DNA from: Saprospiraceae bacterium
GTDB taxonomy: Bacteria > Bacteroidota > Bacteroidia > Chitinophagales > Saprospiraceae
Assembly (NCBI GenBank): GCA_021739645.1
Contig: JAIPBL010000005.1
Span: forward strand, 71,378-135,377
Direction of reading: 5' to 3'
DNA: 64,000 nt
The notes under the pieces were generated by a model. It worked only from the letters and a program-made list of their open reading frames with translations, made no database searches and was not told where the DNA came from. Both the position numbers and the translations under genes were made by a program. Position 1 is the stretch's first letter, and the number at the start of each line of letters is the position of its first letter. Shown piece after piece: positions 44,701-52,978 of this stretch.

Positions 44701-46949
44701 TAGCTGCCATTGGCGGCAGCATTGGCGGCGGTGATGACCGGGCTGGCAGCCTGCGAACTGAACCCGTTCGGGCCGCTCCAGTTGTAGCTCAAACCAGCAC
44801 CACTCGCATTAGCGGAGAGGCTGAGCGGCTTCGGCGAGCAATCGGCGGCAGGCGCATACTGCTGCTGCGGGCTGAGGCTCGGCGGCTGGCTCAACGACAC
44901 GGTGGTGACGGCGGGCACGACAGAAACACAGCCATTTTGCCAGACGACCAACTGAAAGGTTTGTTGAGTTAAAACATTCGTTATCAGCGGATTGGGCTGC
45001 ATCGAAAAGACAGTGCTTTCACCCTGCTTCCTCCACTCGTAGGTAGCACCGGGCAATGGATTCGAGAGCAGTTGTGCCTGCCCGCCGAGGCAGGTGTTAC
45101 CGCTCGTTTCCGCAAACGCCTGTGGCCGGGGCTTGATGTTGATGGCAAGGGGCAGGCTCATGGCGGTACAACCGTCCGAGTCGGTGACTTTCACTTGCCA
45201 ATTGCCGGAAAGATAGGCTGGACTGGACGGTTCGATATAGGTTTCGTTGGCGCCGGTGGTCAAATCGGGCAGCGAAAGGGCATTGGCACCGAGCGGGCTG
45301 TACCACTCAAATTTGGCGGCGGCGGCGTTGCTGAAAACCTGCAATTTTTCTCCGATGCAAATCGGGCTGTTGCTCAAAATATCCGGCACAGTAGGCAGTG
45401 AATTTACTTGCAAACTGGCGGATGCCGTGGCGGGGTCGCATCCGGGGGCAGTTAGGAGCAGCGTATAATTGCCTGACTGATAATCGTTTGCACCAAAAAT
45501 AACCGGGTCGGCAAAAGCTGCACTGAACCCCTGCGGTCCCGACCAAGCAAAGCTGGCGTTGGCGGGCAGCGGGCTGGGTGACATGATTTTGAAAGGCACA
45601 TCGACACCTTCGCAGACCGAACTTGGCAGTTCCAGTTTCAGGTCAATGCTCGTCCCCGCTTGCAGTTCAACGGGCTGACCGATGGCACTGACAAGGCAGC
45701 CGAACTTCGTGCCTCGCACCTGCGGCTGATAGTTCCCGACCGTCAGGCTGCCAAAATAGCTGTTGGCTGACCAACTTTGGCCGCCATCTATGCTGAATTC
45801 GAGGTTGGATGCTCCGAGGGCAAAAAGCCGCAACATCCCGTTCGAGCCACCGAGGCAAACGACTGGGTTGGCGGATTGCACACTGTCCAATTTTACCAAA
45901 CCACTCGTAAAAAGGCAGCCCGCACAGGGGGCGGCGGCCTTTTGGATGCTGGCGCAAAGCGGCATTCGAGCGTCGTTCCCGAAAAATTTGACGGTGGAGC
46001 CGAGGCTGGCCACTTGTGAGTTGGGGGGCAAAAACGGGTCGTCGTTTTTTACCAAAAAAATAGAATCACCCTGACAGCTGCCGCCGTTTGCAAATTTGAA
46101 CAGCGGCTTTTTGATGCCGGGCTGGAGGCCGAGGCCGAGGCCCGTGGCGCTCAGTCGAAACTGGATATAGTCGAAGTTTTCATCCTCGGTCGGACCGTCG
46201 AAACGGGTAATGCTCCCAAAAGAATATTGGCCTGGCAGGAGGTTCGTGAGGTTGTGAATTTGAAAAAAATTGGTCGGCACTTTGACGGCCACCTGAACCA
46301 TTTGGAGGTTAGCTGGGGCAAAAAAGGCGGAATCAGGGGTGATGGAAATTTGGTAAAAATTATCAGGCAGCAGTTCCAATTCACTGACCACCAGGCAGTT
46401 GGCAAGACGGAAACAGTCTGCGCCACCAACGCCGTAGCTGCCACTGACCGCATTGCTGTCCCCTACCCCTTCGATGATGAACTCACTGCGGATGGGCAGG
46501 TTGAGGGAGTTGGGTGGCAAAAATGGGTCGGCGGTGGGGTGCATTATTTCGAGTGCGCCCGTGCAGCCGTTTTTGTTTTTGAAAGAAAAAAGCGGCACGT
46601 CCTGCCCTGCTTCGAAGATGAGGTCAGTGGTGGCGGCAGCAAGAGTGAAAAGGGCGTAGTCCACGCTGGGGTTTTCTACTGGGTGCTGGATGAGGCTGGT
46701 GAACTGCCATTGCCCGTTCAGGCTGTTCAAACCCGCTACCTCGAAGCTGCCCGTTGGTACGACGATAGCGACTTGGGCGCTGTGGGTGATGTTGGCGAGG
46801 GGCGCCGGCAGGTCGGTCGGTGAGCGGGCAAAGGCGGTGTAGGTGACGCCGTCGGGTTGGAGTTGGAGTTTCAGCTCGACTTGAGCGGACATGGAAGTGC
46901 TCGTTGCGCAAGCGCAAAATAGTGTCAGTAAGTGAAGGAGGTTTTTCAT
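41754..46949 (-). CDS. giant adhesin-like protein with many Ig-like repeats and T9SS type B C-terminal sorting domain
   Basis: Signal MKNLLHLLTLFCACATSTSMSAQ (ATG at 46949). The N-terminal ~150-aa domain is duplicated, each copy ending ...DPFLPPNS. More than 12 repeats of the type NSP.C.G..(I/L)QL...GP.GF. The C-terminus RPNLITPDGDGLDDVFVI......ILIFNRWGSTVFES..YQNDWGGTYDGQPLPQGTYFYQL.....LLQGFVVVQ is the type B CTD pattern. Confidence 0.92.
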   Translation of the reverse strand: MKNLLHLLTLFCACATSTSMSAQVELKLQLQPDGVTYTAFARSPTDLPAPLANITHSAQVAIVVPTGSFEVAGLNSLNGQWQFTSLIQHPVENPSVDYALFTLAAATTDLIFEAGQDVPLFSFKNKNGCTGALEIMHPTADPFLPPNSLNLPIRSEFIIEGVGDSNAVSGSYGVGGADCFRLANCLVVSELELLPDNFYQISITPDSAFFAPANLQMVQVAVKVPTNFFQIHNLTNLLPGQYSFGSITRFDGPTEDENFDYIQFRLSATGLGLGLQPGIKKPLFKFANGGSCQGDSIFLVKNDDPFLPPNSQVASLGSTVKFFGNDARMPLCASIQKAAAPCAGCLFTSGLVKLDSVQSANPVVCLGGSNGMLRLFALGASNLEFSIDGGQSWSANSYFGSLTVGNYQPQVRGTKFGCLVSAIGQPVELQAGTSIDLKLELPSSVCEGVDVPFKIMSPSPLPANASFAWSGPQGFSAAFADPVIFGANDYQSGNYTLLLTAPGCDPATASASLQVNSLPTVPDILSNSPICIGEKLQVFSNAAAAKFEWYSPLGANALSLPDLTTGANETYIEPSSPAYLSGNWQVKVTDSDGCTAMSLPLAINIKPRPQAFAETSGNTCLGGQAQLLSNPLPGATYEWRKQGESTVFSMQPNPLITNVLTQQTFQLVVWQNGCVSVVPAVTTVSLSQPPSLSPQQQYAPAADCSPKPLSLSANASGAGLSYNWSGPNGFSSQAASPVITAANAAANGSYTVQVTNVFGCSATLGLLVSGIPDPVAMPLVQGTAPACPGEDVQLSVQPYSGAQVSYQWFKGTSPLFGQTSNTLIFNAVQPGAEGSYKLRATVNGCVVESVSQFLDVLDPPQPNPDFFLSQPCEGGSLQFYSNQSNIANWHWTGPGGFASDSPNPVIYQTDFSTIGAYQLTVTGTNGCTANAGLLIDGILPVPAAPLVASNSPVCPGAEIQLTVQNPTTIGTVSYEWQNANGDPVGTSGSTLTLPVTDPQSLPPFLVKTIVNTCPSPLSNPVSVQVLPAPVAIAWNGGAVCAGANAQLFAATQPNVSYAWQVAGQVVSVEQNPVLSLTDSTDFQLVVKTNGCAAEAMTTTSVPVNPAPVISNLSANLTVCEGSPVSLSASNSVPMPAPVQFNWAGPNGFSFTGSAAVAGPFPLSFTSVAQQNEGSYTLQLTSAEGCVSAPQSVALEVGSMPSTPTITVADAALCEGETLQLDATPANGSTVSYDWFFNDGTTNNLLGTTSFPTYFLSSVMSSNSGSYFVKTTADGCQTQASNLAPLMVVSLPSNISATNPTTSLTPACEGTDVQLSATLLPGANYHWYGPAGFYAGVPNPVLVSVGTAQSGDFLVVIGYPECSTTLAAETSVFVQETPAVPLLTGDATACEGTNTQLLVSNTEAGAAYDFYFGQNGQPFASGGGTVLLEDLAASQSGVYFSSASLNGCESVLSIPFSLQVVPAQTGIAFAGDDQTVCEANEIATLHATPPTVGDGQWTPLDGATVVQPASAHSTVIGLLPGENRFVWTLTNGLCPGVGSDTAVVFMENIKAVEDFYSLPLNDSLLNINLLENDFTQNVPDFVFTILNKPTKGQLIENGTGHVTYVPYPNAFGEDGFRYRICSMACADVCDEANVRILLDGSVAAEDCFRPNLITPDGDGLDDVFVIPCAAGWPGSSILIFNRWGSTVFESIDYQNDWGGTYDGQPLPQGTYFYQLRLNDGRGTLLQGFVVVQ

Positions 46950-47265
46950 CAAACTATTGCGTTACCCCTGACCCCTAAAGGGGGACCTAAGTCAATCAGG
47001 CCGGGAGAATTCTAACTAACTTTAAGGCAAAATAAGCCTTGAAAATGGGCGTCCTTGCCGAGTTTTGTTTGTGAAAGCCTTTATTTTTTTGATGCCAAAA
47101 CAAGTTTGTTTTAGCTTTTTCTCAATTTTTAAGAAGTTGATTTGCTGTAAATTGGTAGGATTTGGGGCTGAAAGCCCATGGGGTAATTAAGTGTCTGAGA
47201 AATAGCAATTAATGTGCCGGAGGGGGTTGAATTGGATTTTATTTTAATTTGAAAATTTGGCAGCC

Positions 47266-47559
47266 TCATCCCTCATAACTCATCAACTCCCCCAGCGTCC
47301 CGTTCCCCCTTTTTTGCACCCTCGCCAGCAGTTTGAGGAACAAAATGGCCGTGATGTAAACGTCGCCAGCCGCCGTGTGGCACTCCTCGTCGGGGATGTT
47401 GAAGCACTTGCTGAGGGCATCGAGGCCGAACTGCCCGGGCTGGTGCACGAGGTCGTAGTGTTGTAACGGGTGCTCTGCCCGAACGGTGAGTTGGGCGGTG
47501 TCGTTGACTTTATCTTTCAATTTGCCCAATCCAGCTTTCTTGAGGGCTTGGTTGAGCAT
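47266..47559 (-). pseudogene. 5'-truncated DnaQ-like 3'-5' exonuclease fragment
   Basis: The 97-aa ORF keeps the Exo III motif context ([18 protein letters not shown]) and the region after Exo II ([18 protein letters not shown]). The Exo I DxE-containing N-terminal ~90 aa are missing. The frame hits a stop near 47630, immediately next to the neighbour's terminator. Confidence 0.55.
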
Positions 47560-47651
47560 GGCGGAGGTATTGCCTCCAAAAATCTGATTTTTTTTTGCGC
47601 CGAAAAAGGAAATCGAGCATAGCGTTGACTAACTGCGGGAGGCTGGGACAT

Positions 47652-47690
47652 GAGACTGGATGCTGGAATCAGGTTCCAGCATCCAGTCTC
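47652..47690 (-). terminator. 17-bp perfect hairpin 6 nt after the isomerase gene stop
   Basis: GAGACTGGATGCTGGAA-TCAGG-TTCCAGCATCCAGTCTC. Confidence 0.7.
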
Positions 47691-47695
47691 AATCA

Positions 47696-48622
47696 TCAGG
47701 AGAACACCAATTTTTTCATGTAGGCAGCATCCGCTTCGGCGGATTTCAGCGGCGTTGAATTGTCCCATCGCTCCTGCTCGACGATGTAGTATTTCATGCC
47801 GTACTCATTTGCCATATTCAGGATGCTAGGATAATCTATTCCGCCAGTGCCAAGGTCACATGAGGCGTTTTCCTCGGTGGTCGGCACTCCCTTGATTCTG
47901 TCCTTTACGTGGCAAAGCCGGAAGCGGTTCGGGTAATTCCGAAGGTACTCGACGGGGTCTTTGCCTCCAGTGACTACCCAGTAAATGTCCATTTCGAAAT
48001 CCACAATGTCGGCATCGGTATTCGCCAGCATGTAGTCTTGTGGCAGTTGGCCATCCACGGGCTGGAAGGAATAAGCGTGGTTGTGGTAGGCATAACGGAT
48101 GCCTGCTCGTTTGCAAATTTCGCCGTTGATGTTAAAGCTTTCCACAATCGGCTTCCACGCTTCAATCGATTTCTGTGCGCCGATGTGGGGCGTTATCAGG
48201 TAGTTCACGCCGATGGCAGCAGCTTCGGCAGCCTTCTTTTCAAAATCTTTTTTGGTGTCACAATGGCTGGAAACGAGCGTCATGCCCAGTTCATCCATGT
48301 ACGATTTGAACGCAGTGTTTGTCATGCCCCAGTAAATGCCCATGTCGCCCTCAAAGCTTTCGATATGCTTGTAACCAGCAGCGGCCAGCTGCTTCAGCAC
48401 GCCCTTGGGGTCTTTGTACATGTCGTCCCTGACACTCCAAAGCTGGATGCCATATTGTGGAATACTGCCTGCGCTGGGTGTGCCAGTGGTGTCCGAGGTT
48501 TCCATGTTGTTAGCCTCGCCGGTTTTCGAGGCATCGGATGTGCAGGCCCAGTTGGGCAGGATAAGCGCCCCGGCTGCGGCGGCTCCTGCGTATTGGAAAA
48601 ATTTACGACGTGAATGATTCAT
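47696..48622 (-). CDS. sugar phosphate isomerase/epimerase (xylose isomerase-like TIM barrel) with twin-arginine signal
   Basis: MNHSRRKFFQYAGAAAAGALILP (SRRKFF TAT motif). Then GYKHIESFEG, YAYHNHAYSF and DFEMDIYWVV...CHVKD, the typical metal-ligand pattern. The ATG at 48622 is preferred to the track start at 48778. Confidence 0.8.
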   Translation of the reverse strand: MNHSRRKFFQYAGAAAAGALILPNWACTSDASKTGEANNMETSDTTGTPSAGSIPQYGIQLWSVRDDMYKDPKGVLKQLAAAGYKHIESFEGDMGIYWGMTNTAFKSYMDELGMTLVSSHCDTKKDFEKKAAEAAAIGVNYLITPHIGAQKSIEAWKPIVESFNINGEICKRAGIRYAYHNHAYSFQPVDGQLPQDYMLANTDADIVDFEMDIYWVVTGGKDPVEYLRNYPNRFRLCHVKDRIKGVPTTEENASCDLGTGGIDYPSILNMANEYGMKYYIVEQERWDNSTPLKSAEADAAYMKKLVFS

Positions 48623-48826
48623 TGTTGATGTTTTATGATGAACTAAAAATTGAAGCCACGAATTACACCATTTTTTTTCATAAAAAGCGTCTCGAAACAA
48701 ATCTTCCCGTTGATGCCACACTATCCTGCCTGTCCGCTCACGAAAAGTCCAAAAAAAATAGAAGCCCTGCCAACACAATGATTGTTGGCAGGGCTTCTAT
48801 TTTTATGAAAAAAGTCAGTCCTTGAT

Positions 48827-49678
48827 TTACGGGATTTGTTCCACCAAAATGCAGTTTACAAAATTGCAGCTCATGCCTGCTTGAATAAAGGTTAGTGCCC
48901 TATCGTTGTTGGGGCCATTAAAAATGGCATAGCCATCAAGGTTGTAATCCGCCACAAAATATCCCTCCAGCATATAATTCACATTGTGGTTTGCATTTGC
49001 AGGGGTGCCTACCACCAAGGAAAACAGGGAATAAGTATCGTTGAAGGGGCCCATGTGAATCACTCTCTTATCCCGGTTCGCATCGCCCAACCAAAGCTCC
49101 CGATGGTCACCATTCACAGCACACGCATTGCTGCCGTAAAGGGGCATGGCCGGGTTTGAAAAATCTACCACAGTCGTGATATTGGTCAAATTGAACGCCT
49201 GCTCAGTCATCACCCCAAGGTGGCTGCGGTGGCGCACTGAGACGTGGTACTGCCCGGGCGCTACACTCAGGAAACGCACCGGAGAAATGCCGTCCACAGC
49301 CACCACATCGCCGTCACGTTGAAGGAGGGCAGCTCTTGTCGCCACTGGCGTGGCAAGCGAGTTGTCGCTGCGCAATTCCACCACCACCCAATCCACGATG
49401 GCATTGCTGCCCGTGACCTGAAAAACGGCCGGACTGCTGATGGTCTCACCGCCGCCTCCACCGTAATGTTGGAAATTTGGGAGTGCCGAATATGGCTCTG
49501 TGCTGGGCAGCAGCCCCTTTGCCCGAAGGGCATCACGCATGAGGCCATTGGGTTGCATGGCTCCTTTTAGGTATAGTTTCGGGGAAACCATGACGCCGTT
49601 GTGGGCATTCAGGTTGAAAGCCGTAGCTACCAAAAAGGTGATGAGCAGCGTTGTTTTAAGGAAGTCTATTTTTTTCAT
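48827..49678 (-). CDS. secreted protein of unknown function, paralog A (tail CILVEQIP)
   Basis: Signal peptide. The core VDWVVVELR...TRAALLQRDGDVVAVDG.SPV.F....PGQYHVSVRHRSHLGVMT is shared, at roughly 50 percent identity by eye, with 49987-50871. Asp-rich loops DANRDKRV and DYNLDGYA. Confidence 0.75.
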   Translation of the reverse strand: MKKIDFLKTTLLITFLVATAFNLNAHNGVMVSPKLYLKGAMQPNGLMRDALRAKGLLPSTEPYSALPNFQHYGGGGGETISSPAVFQVTGSNAIVDWVVVELRSDNSLATPVATRAALLQRDGDVVAVDGISPVRFLSVAPGQYHVSVRHRSHLGVMTEQAFNLTNITTVVDFSNPAMPLYGSNACAVNGDHRELWLGDANRDKRVIHMGPFNDTYSLFSLVVGTPANANHNVNYMLEGYFVADYNLDGYAIFNGPNNDRALTFIQAGMSCNFVNCILVEQIP

Positions 49679-49807
49679 GATTTAGAAAATGCGGGGAGTG
49701 GGTAACGTTTTTGATTTTTGAACTCATTTGGGGTTTGAGTAAATGTGCCGCCAATCCCGATAATCATCGGTAGATGTCGTCAACTTAAAGATTTCCAGCT
49801 TAGAGGA

Positions 49808-49890
49808 TAGAACGCAGATTGAACTGATTGAACAGATTCACACAGATAAAATCAGCGCCAATCAGCTCAATCAGTTCAATCTGCGTACTA
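49808..49890. repeat. 26-bp-arm inverted repeat between the two paralog genes
   Basis: TAGAACGCAGATTGAACTGATTGAAC (49808-49833) pairs with GCTCAATCAGTTCAATCTGCGTACTA (49865-49890), with 2 mismatches. The 31-nt loop is rich in CACAGAT / AATCAGC words. Confidence 0.85.
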
Positions 49891-49986
49891 TCAATTCCGC
49901 TAAGTTGACGACATTTTCCGATAGCTATCGGTATTGAGTCACGCCGACACTTGCCTGGTACAATCCAAGTGAAAACTTGCACAGCA

Positions 49987-50871
49987 CTAGGGCATCTGCT
50001 CCACCAAGCGGCAATCCTTGTCCACCTGCGGGCAGTTGTAGCGCCAGAAAAAAACAATGTCGAAAGCGATGTACGCACCATCGGAGGTAGGGCCTTGGTA
50101 TTTTACCATCCCATCGAGGTTGATGTCGCAATCGTCATATCCATTGAGGATGAAATTATAGTTTGCATCCACGTTTTCCGGGGAGAGGAGCACATGAAAA
50201 TAGATGCGGTCTTTGTCATTTTCCGGGCCTTCGATGCGCACATTGCCATCATGGTTGGCATCGCCAGCAAAGAGGGCCATCTTGTCCATGATTTGAATCA
50301 TTGGGTTTTTGCCGTAAATCTTAGTTTCTGGGCTGGTGAAATCAACCAGAATGGGAGTTTCCGAAAGGGGGAACACTTGGGTGGACATCACGCCGAGGTG
50401 GTTGCGGTGCCGCACGGCTACGAGGTAGTCGCCAGCCTCGATTCCGTCAAAATGCAGTGGCGAAACTCCGTCCAGGTCCACCACATCGCCGTCCCGTTGG
50501 AGTAGCGCCGAACGGGTGGACATCACAATTTTCTGAAATTCGGGATGCCGCAGTTCCACGAACACCCAGTCCACGATGGCATCTTGGCCCGTCACTTTTA
50601 GGATTTCAGGGTTTTCAATCACCTCCGTGCCCCCTAATTCACCATAGTGGCTGTAATTGCTGCGGCCATTATATGGCTCCTGTAGTGGTATCAGGCCGTT
50701 GGACCGAAGGTCGTCACGCATTAATTTTGAGGGTTGCTTGACGCCCAGTATGGCACCTTGGAGGTACATCCTGATTTTCAAGCTTACACCTGATTGGGAA
50801 GGAAGAGTGGCGGCATTGCCGCTAGGCACTAAACTAATTAGCGCCAGTAAAACTGTGAGCAGGGTTCGCAT
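49987..50871 (-). CDS. secreted protein of unknown function, paralog B (tail CRLVEQMP)
   Basis: Signal peptide. VDWVFVELR...TRSALLQRDGDVVDLDG.SPL.F....AGDYLVAVRHRNHLGVMS. Asp-rich loops DANHDGNV and DINLDGMV. Confidence 0.75.
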   Translation of the reverse strand: MRTLLTVLLALISLVPSGNAATLPSQSGVSLKIRMYLQGAILGVKQPSKLMRDDLRSNGLIPLQEPYNGRSNYSHYGELGGTEVIENPEILKVTGQDAIVDWVFVELRHPEFQKIVMSTRSALLQRDGDVVDLDGVSPLHFDGIEAGDYLVAVRHRNHLGVMSTQVFPLSETPILVDFTSPETKIYGKNPMIQIMDKMALFAGDANHDGNVRIEGPENDKDRIYFHVLLSPENVDANYNFILNGYDDCDINLDGMVKYQGPTSDGAYIAFDIVFFWRYNCPQVDKDCRLVEQMP

Positions 50872-51178
50872 CTTAATGGGAAATTTTTTATGTACAACCA
50901 GAAATCATCTCACCAGCAACGCTGGAAAATCAAACTTAAAACTTACGTAAAACACTGATAATTAGCGTACTACCGCTTCAAGCTGCAAGGGGGGAGTTGC
51001 TTTGACAGATGATAGAGATTCAAGTGCGCATTTGCCCTGCGAATGTTTTTTGTTAGATATACAAGGGAAAAGATAGACTATCTGGATTTGCAAAGACCGT
51101 ACCCAAATGATTGTGGCAATTTTGCCTAGCTGTTCGGCACCCATTCCGCCGCTCAACAATGAGCGGCTGCTAATTGCT

Positions 51179-51828
51179 TCAAGCCAATTGCGCCAGCAAC
51201 CAATCCTTCTCCGTCAGGGTCTGCGCTGCCTCCACGGCCGCCTGCAATGCCGCCCGCTGCTCCTCGTCGAAGGGGTTCAGTTCCATCAGTTTTTGCGTGA
51301 ATTGGACGATGTTCAGCCAGTTCTGGTGGTGGTAGCCCATGCGCTTGTTGCGCCGGATGAACATTCGAAGTGTCTTCAAATGAGCTTCCAGCAATTCGAG
51401 TTCTTGTTTTTCAAAATAGATTTTCAATTGCAAAATCCGTGCGGCCATGCCGTTGATGAAATCCTTGTAATCAGCATATTGTAGGTGCAGCAAAGCCTCG
51501 TCGTAATGCCGTTTTGCGAAGGCGAGTGGGGCCATGTTTAGGCTAAAAGCGGCCTGTTGCGCAGTGGGTTCAAGATAGCCATGGTAGCTGGAAACGAACT
51601 CCTCCGGACGACTTGACGGGGCGCCATTTGCGGAGCAAAAAAATCAACAATGGGATGGGCAAACTCAAGAGGAACGGGCTGGCTGCTGGGCTTTATTTTT
51701 ATGAAATATGGGCCGATGGCGTGGCGGTAGGGCAGGGAAAAGTGGTTGTGCAGTAACTCGGACTTGCAGTCGGGGTTACGACGGGTTTCCGGGGATTGGG
51801 CTTCGGAAACCCGTTTCAATTTTAACAT
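51179..51828 (-). pseudogene. hypothetical gene split by a frameshift at an A7/T7 run (51637-51643)
   Basis: The upstream frame (51538-51828 ORF) reads ...LEFAHPIVDFF into the T7 run. The frame of the 51179-51535 ORF is already open from just after that run (...CSANGAPSSRPEEFVSSYHGYLEPTAQQAAFSLNMAPLAFAKRHYDEALL...). One extra nucleotide in the run would fuse them. Confidence 0.4.
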
Positions 51829-51915
51829 TTTTTTAGTTGTTCCCTCCCAAAAAGAAACCAGAACTTTGCCGCCCGAAACCTATTCGACCCAACCCGCCAA
51901 GCAACCTTATTTTTA

Positions 51916-52860
51916 ATGAAAAAAATACTTTACCTACTTCCCGCAACTGTTGCCACCGCACTGCTGCTGGCCTTCTCGGGCGCAGGGCCGAAGGACGCCA
52001 CCCAACTCGGCGAGCGGCTTTTCTCCGACCCCATCCTCTCGCTCGACAGCACGGTGAGCTGCCGCTCCTGCCATATCCCAGAATTTGCTTTTGCCGATAC
52101 TGCCCGATTCAGCCGAGGCGTAGGTGGCAGGTTGGGCAGGCGCAATGCGCCAAGCATCACCAACATGTCGGCACGCTCGCATTTTTTCTTCGACGGGCGG
52201 GTGGTGGCGCTGGAAGACCAAGTGCTCATGCCCATCCAGGACACCGTCGAGATGCGCTTGACGCTCGCCCAAGTTGAGCAGCGGCTGCGCAGCCACCCCG
52301 TTTACGGCCCTGCCTTTGAGCAGATTTTTGGCCGGAAGGCCAACGCTGAAGACCTCGCAAAGGCGCTGGCCACTTTCGTTTTTACCCTCGAAACCGCCAA
52401 CACACCTTATGACCGCTGGATGTTTGACGAGCCTGGCGGCATGAGCGAGGCGGCGGTGCGGGGCCGGGAGGTGTTCCTCGAAAAAGGCAAGTGCTTCGAC
52501 TGCCATTTCACCGCCGACTTCACGGGCGACGAGTTCAAAAACGTCGGACTTTACAATGGCAAAGACCTGAACGATGCTGGCCGCTACGCCATCACCCGCA
52601 ACCCCGCCGACCTCGGCAAGTTCAAAGTGCCGGGCTTGCGCAACGTGGCGCTCACCGCCCCGTACATGCACAACGGGATGTTCCGCAGCCTTGACGAGGT
52701 GATTGATTTTTACAACGACCCTGCCAAGGCGATGCCCGACGCCATCAACCGGGACACCTCGCTGGCCACACCGCTGAACTTGACCGCCACCGAGAAAGCA
52801 GAACTTAAAGCGTTCCTGGAGGCGCTGACGGACGACCAGTTTGTGAGGAATGACGAATGA
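51916..52860 (+). CDS. di-haem cytochrome c peroxidase (CCP/MauG family)
   Basis: Signal peptide. Two CxxCH haem motifs (CRSCH, CFDCH). Family motifs RNAPSITN, FFDGR, PIQD..EM, FKVPGLRNVALTAPYMHNG.F.SLDEVI.FY. Confidence 0.88.
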   Translation: MKKILYLLPATVATALLLAFSGAGPKDATQLGERLFSDPILSLDSTVSCRSCHIPEFAFADTARFSRGVGGRLGRRNAPSITNMSARSHFFFDGRVVALEDQVLMPIQDTVEMRLTLAQVEQRLRSHPVYGPAFEQIFGRKANAEDLAKALATFVFTLETANTPYDRWMFDEPGGMSEAAVRGREVFLEKGKCFDCHFTADFTGDEFKNVGLYNGKDLNDAGRYAITRNPADLGKFKVPGLRNVALTAPYMHNGMFRSLDEVIDFYNDPAKAMPDAINRDTSLATPLNLTATEKAELKAFLEALTDDQFVRNDE

Positions 52861-52978
52861 GCGATTCTACAATTGGTTGGTATTCAGCAACTTGGATTGA
52901 TTTGTCACAATCACTGTTCCTAAAAAGAGGGTTCATAACAACATTCCAGGAATCCGCTTATTGTTTTGCGCCAATTGC

